From NCBI GenBank assembly GCA_036172245.1, contig JAYWIR010000001.1:744001-808000 (forward strand): a stretch of DNA of 64,000 nucleotides, given 5' to 3'. Positions within the stretch are counted from its first letter, which is position 1. Each line of letters opens with the position of its first letter. The stretch comes from Raillietiella orientalis (lineage: Eukaryota). Positions 50,501 to 62,049 of the stretch are shown one piece after another. The notes below the pieces were generated by a model, which had not been told where the DNA came from, did no database searches, and was given only the letters and a program-made list of their open reading frames with translations. Position numbers and translations under genes: made by a program.

Positions 50501-50700
50501 ATGGATGACGGAGGTAGGCTGGACACCAGGAAGCGAGGGCATGGACGCTCGCTCGCCGACCGCTGGTGAGTGCTGCCGCTGCCCCCCGCGTCACAGGCAT
50601 TCTCCGGAAGGTGCGGCAGCCCACGGGGCTCATAGTAGCAGTGCAGCCCTTGAAATGCAGAGGAGACCGTGGTCAGGTCAGGAGCGCCTCTTCCGCTCCG
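47600..50700 (-). mobile_element. Decayed LINE(s): ORF1 knuckle, RT fragment, APE domain and linker
   Basis: GSTHQRSASERPCPRF (ORF1 knuckle), HTGSAFDHA (DxxKAFD), ESCFKEIL (CLQET), SGEFSAG (GDFNA) and SSIEV (SxIDL). The RT piece is out of order, so probably more than one element. Confidence 0.4.
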
Positions 50701-51949
50701 ACGTGCGCGCGCCAGCCCTGCGTCCATCCCTCCCGGTGGACAGACAGCTGAAACCCACGCAGTGAGAGCACGAAGAAGAAACAGCAGATGATCTGCCCTT
50801 ATGCGGAAGAAAACGGCAGGGGAGGAGAAGGGGAAAGAGGAGAGGGTAAGGAGTCCGGGTGGGACCGAGTTTCCCGAACCACGCGGAAGGAGGAAGAAAG
50901 GAGGAAAGAGAGGAAGAGGAGTAGGAAGGGAAAAGGAGAGAGCAGGAGGAGGAAAAGGGGAAAGGGAAGAAGGGAGGAGGAAAAGAGGAAAAGGAAGAGG
51001 AGGAAAAGGGGAAAGGGAAGGAGGAGGAAAGGAGGAAAAGGAGGAGGAGACTCAGGTGCACTTCCGGATTTCAAGGCAAGGAAAGAGTCGGGCCCGCCCA
51101 GCGGAGGATTCTGCACTTACAAGGGGCGTGGTGGAAGCCGCCCGTATGTCTGCGGAACTCGAGCTCGCTGCCGGCCACGTTGTCACCCGGGCCGCCGTCA
51201 TCCGCAGCCTTCGCCGCAGCCTTGGCGGCGAAGGGGACAGCTCCCGAAAACAGCAGGGCTCTCAGGAACATTCAAAACCCCCGCGGACACGAAACCGTCT
51301 GCAGCTCCAAAGAGTCGCTTCACCTCGCCGCCGTGAAGGGACAGACAATGCTCGGGGGGGAAACTTTCACTCTCGACGCGGGACCGCTCCCCTCTGCATC
51401 TCCCGCCACACTGACGGACCCGAATTTCCACCTTATCGTTTTGATAGGACGTCGGGCCGTGATTCGCTCGCGAGGGGTGAATCCCGTGTCTACGGCAGCG
51501 AAACATCTGTATCAGATTAGGCGAAAGGAAAAGTTACTTCCCCCTCCTTCCCCCGAGCCGCCGGAGGATGCGTCCGCGAAGCGGAGAGAAAACTCGGCGC
51601 GCCGCGGCAAGCGACCCCCCTTCCCCCCCCCCTCCGTCACAGCCAGGGACCGGGTCCCACCGGGAGGCATTCTGGAAAGATCTCGTGATCCTACGCAGGA
51701 GACGGAGCGGATGCCGACTTCCGTCCTGTAAAATTCGGCGCGGTCCAACAAAAAAGAGGAAGTGAGGAGGAAGAAGGAAAGCAAAAAAAAAAAAAAATCC
51801 CTTCCGCGCGTTCTTCCACCTTCGAGATGGGAAGCATCCTGCTCGCCGGGTCCTCCACAACGCGTTTGCGATGGGTAAGGAGCCGGGGTCCGGCTGCTCA
51901 TAACATGGATGATCTCCATTCATCACGCTTTGCATGCGGCAGTCATCAA

Positions 51950-52860
51950 ACGCGCGCTCGCGTAAGCGGCCGCGCGGCTGTGGCATTCGCGCGTGGTACC
52001 AAAACGCTGTGGGTTCGAATCCCTCCCTGGGAAGGATAAACACCTGCAAACGGGGGGTGAGTAGTGGGTTTCGATTCCCCCCTCCCGTCCTCAGGACGAC
52101 TCTTGTTGGCCTCGGTTGTCTACAGTTGCGGCACTGGTGGGAGTCGGATGCCCCATTGACCAGCCGAGATTGGAAGAAGGGAAGAGGAAGAGGAAGAAAA
52201 GGGGAAAAGGAGGAGGAGGAGGAAGAAGAGGAAGAGTCCTTCTAGGAATCAAGGAGTCCTTCGGGATTCCCTTTTGGTTGTGAAAATGGAGCCGTTACCA
52301 TGGAGCTGGTTGGTATTCCCCTCGGGTGGTTGCCTCTCCAGAGTGCGAGAAGTGCGCTGCTCCCTTCGGGGAGAGGCTTTCAGAGAAATGAGGAAGCGTA
52401 CCTTTCCGATTTTCTTCAGAAGAGGAAACCAAGGAGCGTTTTCCTTGCGGGTTCCCTCTGGAGAAGAAATTCCAGGAGTGGATCCTTTCCGGAGGTCCCC
52501 TTCAGAGACCACCAGGGCGAAAGGTTCCCTCCCAAGCGTAAGAGGAACGGACTCCTTCCTTAGGAGCCGTACTGGGTGCATAGGGTGGTTCCTACCGGGG
52601 TACCCTCTATAAATTGAAGAGCTACACGCACCCTCGGGTGGGCTAAATCCTTGTTAGGGAGCTTCGTGAGCCCCTTGGCGAACCAACCCCACCCGCTTCC
52701 AAAAAAAATCTGGAAGGAAAACAGGCAAACAGAAGAACCCAAAAGGATTTCCGTCGCCTGGGTTACCACCCGGTCACGCCGGGGAGTTTATTAAAGTTTA
52801 CAGTAGACTCGCAAGTTGCGGTAGGGCGCACGTGGTCGTCTACCACGCTCCATGTGACTG
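51950..52860 (+). mobile_element. Copy B: tRNA-headed SINE-like module
   Basis: B box GGTTCGAATCC at 52012-52022; colinear with 35520-36480. Confidence 0.8.
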
Positions 52861-55030
52861 TGGACCTACCGGCCCGCAGACCGGCGCGGTTCGCCTCGGC
52901 AGCGGAAGGGAGGCGGAAAACAAAAGGAAAATAAAGGAAAGTGAATGAGACGAAAATAAAACTGGAGGGTCGCGAAGGGATCACTGCCCCCTGGAGGGAG
53001 GGAGTCTTCTGCGTCCTCTTCCAGGATGCTGGCTAGGACCGTCCAGGCAGCGCTTCCATCGTTCGGGAGGGAACACGCACAACGGCGGCAGGCTCTGGTC
53101 CAGGGGGCTAGCAGGGTCTCTCCCAGCTCCGCGTCTCAGATGCGGAAATTTTCCGCGTCGGTGGCCTGCAGCGGAGACCTTGGATGACCGGAAGACAAAG
53201 AGCAACCGTAGACGGCGGAACGCAGTGGGGCGCGAGGCCCAGTCGGTGGCGAATGCGGAAGGCGCTCGACGGATGTAGGGAAGGAGGGGGGAGGGGATTT
53301 TGGAGGCGCTCGCCGTATGTTTCACTGAGTGCGCGTGCTTGGGGTGAGCAGGGAAGATGACGCCTCCTTCCCCGATCCGCGGAGACGTTTCCTGCTTCTT
53401 CATGCTAATTCGGCCGCCCTGGCTCGCGGGCCACGCGCCGAAATTTTTTCTTCCGCGCCAATTCGATCTTGATCGGCTGATGTTCGTCCGGATTGCCTGT
53501 GGGTCCAGCGTGCAGCTACTAAGGACCTGCCGTGCGGTGGTCTGATGACGCCAGGAGACGCAAAGACAAAAATAACAAAAAAAAGGTTCACTATGGAGGG
53601 ACTTCCTTACGCTGGAAGCGTGTGAGCCTCTGAACAAGAGAATGTGAGTCGAAATTGCCAGGAGACAAAGGCAAATCACATCAGAGGAGGAAGAGGAAGA
53701 ATCGTTCGGCACAGAGGCCATGCTCTTTCTCTGCTTCTCAGTGATGCTCAAACGCTTCCTCGTTTGTCGAAATTCTCTTCTGTCCGAAAGGCAACAGCAG
53801 GAAGGACGAGATAAATCAAAGAAGAGCACCAAGGCAAACTCTGGACGATGTCCTGAGAAAAGATGACGCAAGCATGATCCTGAGTGCTGCATTATTCCAC
53901 CCGTGAGCATCCAGAATAAAACCCAAACAAAACGTTTGCCAAACTTCCGAGGTTTCGAAAAGCTTGCGGCGGGCGCCTTGACATCTAGCGGCAAGTCAGC
54001 GAACTTCATGGAAGTCCGCCGTCACGTGCTCGACAGATGTTTCCCGCGAAAGACGACGGCTGGGGTCCTGGCTCGTACGGGTCAGATCTCGTCTTCACGA
54101 ACTGGGAGGAGATAAACGACGCCTTGAAGCTTCGTAGCGAGAAGTCATCCGACGCTTCTTCACCGCCTCGCCCTTTCGTCTCCCAGTCTCCGTACGTCGT
54201 TAGGACTCTGGAAGAGCCGTCTGCGCTCTGGTTGCGGCTTCCCATTGCGCCAGGGCACTGCGACACTCCCTCTCTTCAAACGATCCACAGAAATCCGGCA
54301 GAAGGAGAAGGTAAGTGGAGTCTTCGGCCGGTTTTCGCCTTCTTCCCCAGGCTTTCTTTGCACTCAAGGTGAGGGCGGCGCCGTCACCTTGACAACGGCG
54401 AACGCGAACACACGCAACCTTGCAAATCGTCTCGCGATGATTTCTGGCCCATTCCAAAACGAACGAGATCGATTCGCAGCACCTATGCCCGCTTGTCGGC
54501 GACGTGATCCTCTTGAGCGGGACTCGTCTGAAGCCACGCGCTCACCACCGAAGGCGCGCGGACATCGTGGGTGGGATGCTTCCCGACACGTAAGAAACAG
54601 CGAGGTGCTCGCGGCACCCTGCGATCCGAGCGAAGGAGGCGGAAACCCCTCCTTGGGTTGGTGCCCGCAAGGGAAGGCATCCAGCTGTCGCATCATCCCC
54701 GTGGAGAAGAACTTTCCGAGTCCGCGGGCTCTGGGCTAACGGGCAGCATCCAAAACCTCTGCTCCTCCGACGACCAGCCGTAAAGAATAGGTGCGCTCAA
54801 TAGGTTTCTCTGGAGCAGAGAGAGCCACGGCGGTGGCGGCGGCAGAGAGCCTCCCCCCGCCCTCTCCTTCTGGAGGCATTCCTCCGCTCCATGCGACGAC
54901 CTCGCCGCAGTCTCGAGCCCGAGAACGGGTTCCCTCCAGAATGCACCACGGGAACAAACGATGACATGTTCCCGCGGCGTGCGTTTCATTGTTTCTCACC
55001 CCGTTGGGCTGTTCGTGCCCACTTCCCACC
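52861..55030 (-). mobile_element. Copy B: decayed R2-superfamily (RLE-type) LINE
   Basis: In order: GLGKFFST (DxxKAFDT), AQEDHV (QGDPL), RLRVFAFAVV (LAFADD), LRSFKASFISSQFVKTR, DLPLDVKAPAASFSKPRKFG and CYFC...QTTARQVLSSC (CCHC knuckle). Confidence 0.55.
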
Positions 55031-55249
55031 CCATCCCCACCAGAACGCAGTAATTAATTCTCTGGTGCTCGTTTCAGGATGACTCTGACCGCACTGCTTT
55101 TTTTTTGTTGTTGTTCTTTCGTCGACTTCGCAGGTCGCGGGGCAGCCTGATTCATGGGTCGAGCTGGAGAGGCACGTCCCCCCACCGACGTGACCAGCAT
55201 CCTTCGCTCACCGCGAACATTCCCATTGTGCAGCTGACCCCGATTAGGC

Positions 55250-56860
55250 GCGCAGGGTCGCATTCTTCTCGAGCGTTCGGCGTAGGGAACGGCTCTCGAG
55301 GGACCCAAGCACCCCGGGATGGCGCGAAAGGCTGGGTGGGGAAGCGAGGGGAAAACGGTAAGAGGAAGAGGTGGAGGCACTTCTCTCCGAGCGCTGGAGC
55401 AATGGAGAAAGACGCGAAGGAGGAAGTCCGAAGGGAGCTGGAGGGAGAGACGGAATGGAAGAACCGTTTCGTCGAATTTTCGCCGTCCTCCCGTCTCCGC
55501 GAACCGTGATCTACCGTTCTCTACAGCACACATCTAGTCGCAGCTCTGTTCCCTGTGGGAGACACGGCTGCCGCTCCCTTAGGCGACAGTTTCCTGTCGA
55601 TTCCAGTGCTGTTTCATTGGAAGAAGAAGAAAAACAAGCAAACTAGGACACACTGGTTTCAGGATGCTCTGTTGGGGGTTTCGCTTCCCAGCGCGGACGC
55701 CGTTCCCTGGAGACGTGCTCCTAAGCGCCTCCGCCCGGAGGACGGCGCGCCGCGCGTCCTTCTCCGTCTCTGTCGACGACACGCGGCGCGGCAGGCATGT
55801 TGAAGAAGACCGGATTCTGTGGCAACCAATCCCTCATCCCAGGCGGAGCGGTGCAAAGGCGTCCGCGGCGCGCTACTGTGCTGGGGAGATGAAGCTCGGC
55901 CGCTTCCTCACAGCCCATGGCAAGTCCTCCGCTTGCTAAGCAACGCGCATCGTTGCGCGGGACGACGCTATCCATTGTTGCTCGGGATAGATACCCTACA
56001 TGTGCCGTCTGAGAACCGCTTGCCGCGCCGTGTGTCGTCGAAAGAGACAGGGAGGGATGCACTAGAAGAGACTCGGGCGTCTTGGTGTCTTCCGTCTCCG
56101 GTGAGCCGTCCTCCGGAGCGGAAGCGCCTAGAAACCCTTCGCCAGGGAACGTCGTCCGCGCGTGGAAGGAAGCCTACGCGAAGGTGCAAGATGCGGGCAC
56201 CCCTCGCTTCGCGGGAGCGAGGAGGAGGACAGGAGGAGAAGGGGTCGTCCGGGAGCGAACCGGAGCTCCACCTTGCGCGAGGACGGCGTGCGCCTCTTCC
56301 CTCGCGCTCGTTTCCCCGCGCCGATGACGGCGCCGATGATTCATGAGGATGCACTCCGCGGCCGTTTCCCGGGATATCGCGCGAGACGAATCGCGTGAGT
56401 TCGGTACGAGAAGGCACGCCGGGAGGGAGAGGAGAAGACTCAGGAAGCCTCTCCTGCCAGCGGGACGCCAGGGGCTTTCTCCCCCTCCCCTTCATCCCCC
56501 ACGAGCCTTGCGGGAAACGCGTCAGAAAGGGGAAAGGGGACGGGGTGACGGGAAGACTTCCAGAAGGTCTCAACCGAAAGTCCCAGAGGGGTGACGAACC
56601 GAGGGCGCAGATCGTTCAGAACCACCGGACCGCGCTCGCCGCAGCATCCATCCTTTCTTGCGGAGTAGGATAAGGGGAGAAGGGGGTGGCGGCCGCGGCT
56701 AGTCCCGGAAGTATCGAGGTCTTCTCGGGACGCCGACAGGATCGCCTTGCGATGGGGAAAGGGCTCCTCCGCAGCAACCTCTTCTCTCGGGGCCGACGAC
56801 CCCCACCCGAAAGGCGTTTCAGAGACCATCTGCCAAGAAGGAAAAGGAGGAAGAGGAGGT
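55250..56860 (+). mobile_element. Copy C: decayed R2-superfamily (RLE-type) LINE
   Basis: In order: TQAPRDG (APGPDG), NFRRPPVS/RTVIYR (NWRPIT..VIYR), WFQDALLGVS (DFxKAFDSVS), GEMKLG (GVKQG) and SRGRR...VSETI (R2-type SRGR...ETxxH). Confidence 0.5.
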
Positions 56861-56924
56861 GGATGGGAGAATAGGCAAGTGAATAGGGCACACGCATCGG
56901 CAGCTCACCGATCTTTGCGTCCTG

Positions 56925-57934
56925 GTCCAGACAGGACGATGGAAATCCTTGGGTTCTTCTTTTTCTTCTGTCTTCGCTGTTTTCCTTCTAGCTTTTTTTT
57001 AAAAGAGTTTTCCTTTTTTTTTGGTTCCCTAAGTACCTCAGAGCCGGTCGCGTGCCTCGCGGCGCACGTGGCTCTTTTAAACATACTGTTTTGTTTCCGC
57101 GCCTCTCTGCCTGAGGCAACCCGCAGGGGGGCGTGTAATTCTTCAGGATAGAGGGTACCCTGGGATGGGGGTCCGCCCTATGAATCCAGGAAGGGCTCGG
57201 AGTCCGTTCCTCTCACGCTTGGGGAGGGATCCCCCCGTACGGGGGGGATCGCACCTCTCACCCTGGTTGTCTCCGAAGGGGAACCCCGAAGGGAATCTCC
57301 TTCCTCATTCTCTCCGGAGGGACACCCCCTGGGAGGGGTGGTCCTCTCCATTTCAACTTCTCCGAAGGGAACCCGGAAAGGATCCGCTTGTAGGAATTCC
57401 TTCTCCGGAGGGAACCCGCAAGGGAACCGCTCCTGTTCACTCTGAAGAGAACCCCGAAGGGACGCTCCCGAAACTCAGAAGGGGCGCTGCAGCTTCCCGC
57501 GGGGAATCGCTCTCGCTTGCTTCCTTGTGCACTCTGTGAAGAGACGACTCGGAGGGACCCCCGCAACAGAAGGGGTCCGCTCCTTTGAACAACTGGAGAG
57601 GTGCCCGTGAATGATCCTGCTCCATTTTGAAACCGGAGGAGTCCCCCAGTGGAGGGGGTCCGCTCTCCGTTGCACGACAGGAGAGGGAACTGCCCACTCC
57701 TTGATTCCTGGAAGGACCCGAAGGTCGACTCCCATTATTCCGGCCTTCATCGGGGGCCTCCGGCTTCAACCGCTACCGGTGCCACATCCGAATGTTTAGG
57801 TCAACCAGCGCCATCTTGCAGGAGAAACTCGGAACCCAACGACGCAGTGGCGTCAGTTTCTGCCGAAGTATTCGATCCCGCGACGCATAGTGCCACGCGC
57901 GGAAGCCTTAACCACAAAGCCTCCGACGTGGTCC
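56925..57934 (-). mobile_element. Copy C: tRNA-headed SINE-like module
   Basis: The reverse complement begins GGACCACGTCGGAGGCTTTGTGGTTAAGGC...GCGTCGCGGGATCGAATAC (A-box-like, then a degenerate B box at 57868-57878). The body matches copies B and D. Confidence 0.75.
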
Positions 57935-60900
57935 AGACAGGAGGAGCATCCGGCATCCCGCCTCCCCTTCACTCTTCAGCACCATCAGGAGCCTCGCTTT
58001 CGCGGCAGCGCACCCCTGCGCTCGGACTCTGAGAAGAAAAAAAAAAGAGGGAGGAGAAGGAGGTGGTTCGGCTTCCCGGGGAGCGGGAAACAAGGTGGTG
58101 ATCCCAGGAGGGCACGGAGGCTGCGAGAATTTGGCAGTTCACGACCACTCTCTGGCCGCCCCGTCGGGAAGGCGCCGCACTTCTCTTTCCGCGACCCTGT
58201 GCCAGCAACGGGTTCAGGCGGGACGTTCCCTGGAGTCTCTCCCCTTCGTCATCCTCCCCGCTTTCCCCTGGATCCCTCCGCCTCGCAGCCTCCCCTCCCG
58301 GTCCGCAGCAGAGGGAGGCTGAGCGGTTGCGCGCCAAAAAGAGGGAAAATGAAAAACAAAAAAAAAAACAAAAAAAAAACAAAAATCTCAGGCGGATTTT
58401 TTCGGGTGCCTCCCGGCATCCCGAAAAAACCTCCCGGTAATCGCATTACGCGACAGGACCCTCCGTTTCTCTCCCGGCCCTCTTCCCTTTGATCCGGCCA
58501 GCCAGATGCGCGTAGGAGGGGAGGCTGCGGCGGCCTCCTTGCTCCCGCCCCTCCTCCTTCAGGGATTGTGTGCCCTGTGGAGTGCCCGGCCAGCTTTGTC
58601 GGTCCCCTCGGCGGGCGACGATCCCGGGACCCGCAGGCAGCCGTCCGGGAGCCGCGGCCCCGCTTTGTCCTGCCAGGAGCAGCTGCGCCGCGCAGCCGCC
58701 CCCGCCCGCGGCGAGCCCCTGTCCTCGGAGGAGCGAGTGGCCCCATGGACAACTGGGGCAGAAGAGGTCAGTCAGTATGCTACGACCCTTCCTCCTCATC
58801 GTGCTCATCCGCTTCCCTTCTTCATATTCCCTTTCTTAGCCTTTCCTTCTCTTCCCTTCCTCTCTCCTTCTTCCTCCTCCTTTCGCCCCTTCATCTCGAG
58901 CTTTCCTCCCCTTCCTTTCCCTCCTCCCTTGCTTTCCTTCTTTTCTTCCTCTTCCTCCTCTTCCCTCTCTCCACTCTTCCCTTGCTTCCCTTTCTCTGTT
59001 TTCTCTCTCCTCCTCCTCGTCTCCTTTTCCCCTTCATTCTTCTCCTACCTATCTCCTTTCCTGTTTGTCCTCTCTTCCTTCTCCTCCTTTCCTCCTCACC
59101 CCCTCTTCCTCTCTTGCTTACCTCCTCCTCTTCCCCCTCCTGTCCTCCCCGTCTTCTTCCTTCCTCCCTTTATTTTCTGCTTTCCTCACTTCCTTTCCCT
59201 TCTCCTTTCCTCCTGTAGCCCTTCCTTCTCCTCCTCCTTTCCTTCTTTTTTAATCCTCCCTTTTTTCTGTTCTCCCTCCTTTCTACTCGCTCCTGATTGT
59301 CCTTGCACAAATTTTGCTCCTCTCCTGCCTGCCTTCAGGAGGAAGCTGATGTCCTCCCTTCTATTCCCTCCTTATCGCCTCCTCCCTTCCCCCGTTCCAG
59401 TCTCCAGCCGAGGAGGAGCAAAGAGGCGTCATCTTCTGTCCTTTTTCCCTCCCTTTTTTTTCGGATGCGCTGCTGGGGACCTTCCTCGGGGAGGTCTTGC
59501 TCATGGCGGGGTGAGCAGGTGGGCAGGGCCGAGGAGGGAGAGCCGGCCAGGTCACTCGGCTGGCTGATCGACTGGGGAGACGGCCCCGGGAAAGGTCACC
59601 GCGATTTGTTTCCCTGGCGTTCTCCTGGAAGGACCAGGAGAAGAGCTTGAGGCTTCCTCGGAGGCCGGCGGGCTTCCGGAAGCTGCTGACGCGGAATGCC
59701 GAGCTCGGGGGGCCTCAGAGGTCACCATCGGGGTTTTCCCCTGGGTGGGTCTGGGAACCACTCCTCTCCAAGGAAACCTGACTGGATCCGTTCGCGCTCC
59801 CGCATATCGCGGAGTCGACGAGTCACCATCCCGCGGGGACCTTCTCGACGGACCTTCTTTGGGGGCTACGTCGACGGGAGGAGCCAACTCGGGATCTGAT
59901 CCCGCAGGGAGAAGTGCGTGGAGACCCGACCCTCCTTTCTTGAGCTTTTCCAGAAGAAAGGGGACACAGGAGGAAAGTTCCAAGGGCGATGGCGTCCGTC
60001 CCCCTCCGGGAGAACGGAGGTGGCCGCTTCCCGTTCCCGGAAAGGTTGCGGTCTCTGCGCCCGGTTCGCGGAAGCGGACGTCCCTCCAGTGCGGTCTCGT
60101 CTCTCCCGTCGCTTTTTTTCCTTTCTGTCTTTTTTTTGGGGGGGAGGAAAGGGGGGGAGAATGGGAGTGTCTCTCTGCCTCCGCCTCATCTCCCCCGAAA
60201 CTCCTAGATTGCTTTCGATCCGGTTGCTAAGCGACGTCGCGGCCGCGGCGGCCTCCTCCCCAGGCAATAACGCTCCCCGGGACCCATAAAAGAGGTAACA
60301 AGTGGCGCGGCGCGTTAATTTATTGTTTGCGCAAGTCGCGGGGCGGATAGGGTTGCGGCGCGTACCCTCATTCGGCAGAAATCGGCCGTGACGCCATTCC
60401 TCGCGAATGGGCGAGCAGCAAAGGCCGAAGACGCCCGTCCCAGCAGCCGCAATTATCCACGCTACTTGCTCGCAATGGTGGATCGGGGCAGGTGCGGATC
60501 CGCCGCCACATCTCTCTCTACCCTTCCCTCTTTTTTTTTCCTTCTTATTTTTTTTTTTTCCTTTTTTTCTACACTCGCGGCACCTGCGTGGCTGCCGCTC
60601 GCGCCTGCGCGCTTCTGTCGAAGCACTGCTTCCGGCGGAGTGAGATGGCTAGTGACGAAGGGGAGGGAAAGGGGAGCGCCGCATCCAGCCGTGGTCATCA
60701 CGATCCCGGGAAGCAGCAGCATTCCGCTGTCAACGACGTCCTTCCACCGAGGCCGCCTACCGGCTGGGAGGCTGCCACAAGAGGCGCGCCCGATAACCGG
60801 CCGATTCCACCTCTGAGAGTAAGGGGCGCAGGAAGAGGGGGAGGAAAAGAAGAGAAAGGGGAAGAGTGGAAAAGGGGGTGAAGGAAAAAAAGGGGAGGAA

Positions 60901-61249
60901 GAAAAGAAGAGCAGGAAAAGAAAAAAAACAAGAGAGGAAAAGCAAGAGAGGAGGGCCGCTCCCGCAGAACCGCAGGGCTTCCAGCAGCTGCCTTAACCGC
61001 CATGTCTCGCCTGCCTCGGCCTCCACCCACACCCGGTAAACCCTTGGCCTTCCTCCACTTCTCACCTACTGGCAGAACTTTTCTCTCCGGATGTCAGGTG
61101 GAAGCGCTGCTCCCACGCTCCTTGTTCTGGCGTGGGAGCAGCGCTGCCCCCACCACCACCACCACGGCTGAAGGCGACTGTCATGCCACCGTGCCCTCTA
61201 CCGAAGCGCCATCCTCCGCACCGTCAGCCGGCAACGCTTCCCTCTATCA

Positions 61250-61650
61250 GAAGCATCCCGAGATGGAATAGAGGAGAACCACTTCCCTTTTCCATCTGGG
61301 ACTCTTTCCTTCCTCCTGGATGCACCCGCATCGTCCAGGCAATTCCCGCAAAGGGAACGGAGGGAGGAAGCAGGTGCGAGCGGTCCTTGTCCTTCCGTTC
61401 AACCCGCTCGACCCCGTCGGGGACTGCCGAGAGCCCGGGCTTCATTGATATGCGGGAGGCGCGCATCAGGCTCGGGCACGCCGCGGGGACTGCAAGTGAC
61501 ACATGACTCTCGAGGCACCTGTCCGAGAAGCGCACCGCCGGCGAGCCACTGCCAAGAGCACGCCTTCCCTGGTTCCTCCCTGGAGAGGCAGAGAGCGCCG
61601 GACCGCTCGCGGGACCAATGAGACACGCCGAGGGGTAAGCAGGAAGTGGA
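61250..61650 (-). mobile_element. Decayed LINE APE fragment
   Basis: HINEARALGSPRRGRAG resembles GDxNAxxxxWGS...RG. Confidence 0.3.
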
Positions 61651-62049
61651 CGCGGCCTTCACGAAGCCGAACTCCCTGGTAGCATCTTTTTCTTTCTTTT
61701 ACTTCGTCTCCCCTTGTTCTATTCCTCCCTTTCTGTTTTCTTCTTCCCTTCCTCTTTTGCTCTCTTCCTCTTTTCTTTCTCCCCTTTTCTTCCTACTTTC
61801 CTCGTCTCCCTCATCCTCTTCCCCGTCGTCGCCATGGTCTCCTTTGTCTCGCCCCATCGCGACCCACCATGGCTCCGTGCCTCCATGCGCGTGCAGTCTT
61901 CCTGGAAGAAAAACTGGAAGTTCCCCCGTCGTCCCCCCCACCTTTTCCCCTTCTTCAATATGAGACTCCATCGAGGGTTCTCGTCGGTCGGTGACCCGCG
62001 ATCGTTCCCGCAGGCGGGGCGCTTCCGTCCGGAACTATTAGCAGATCGA

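Noticed and set aside
58506-59567. F/L/S/P-rich and E/K/R/G-rich ORFs that look like membrane or charged proteins (also 15268-16251 and 63062-63797)
   Set aside because: They are translations of purine/pyrimidine tracts.
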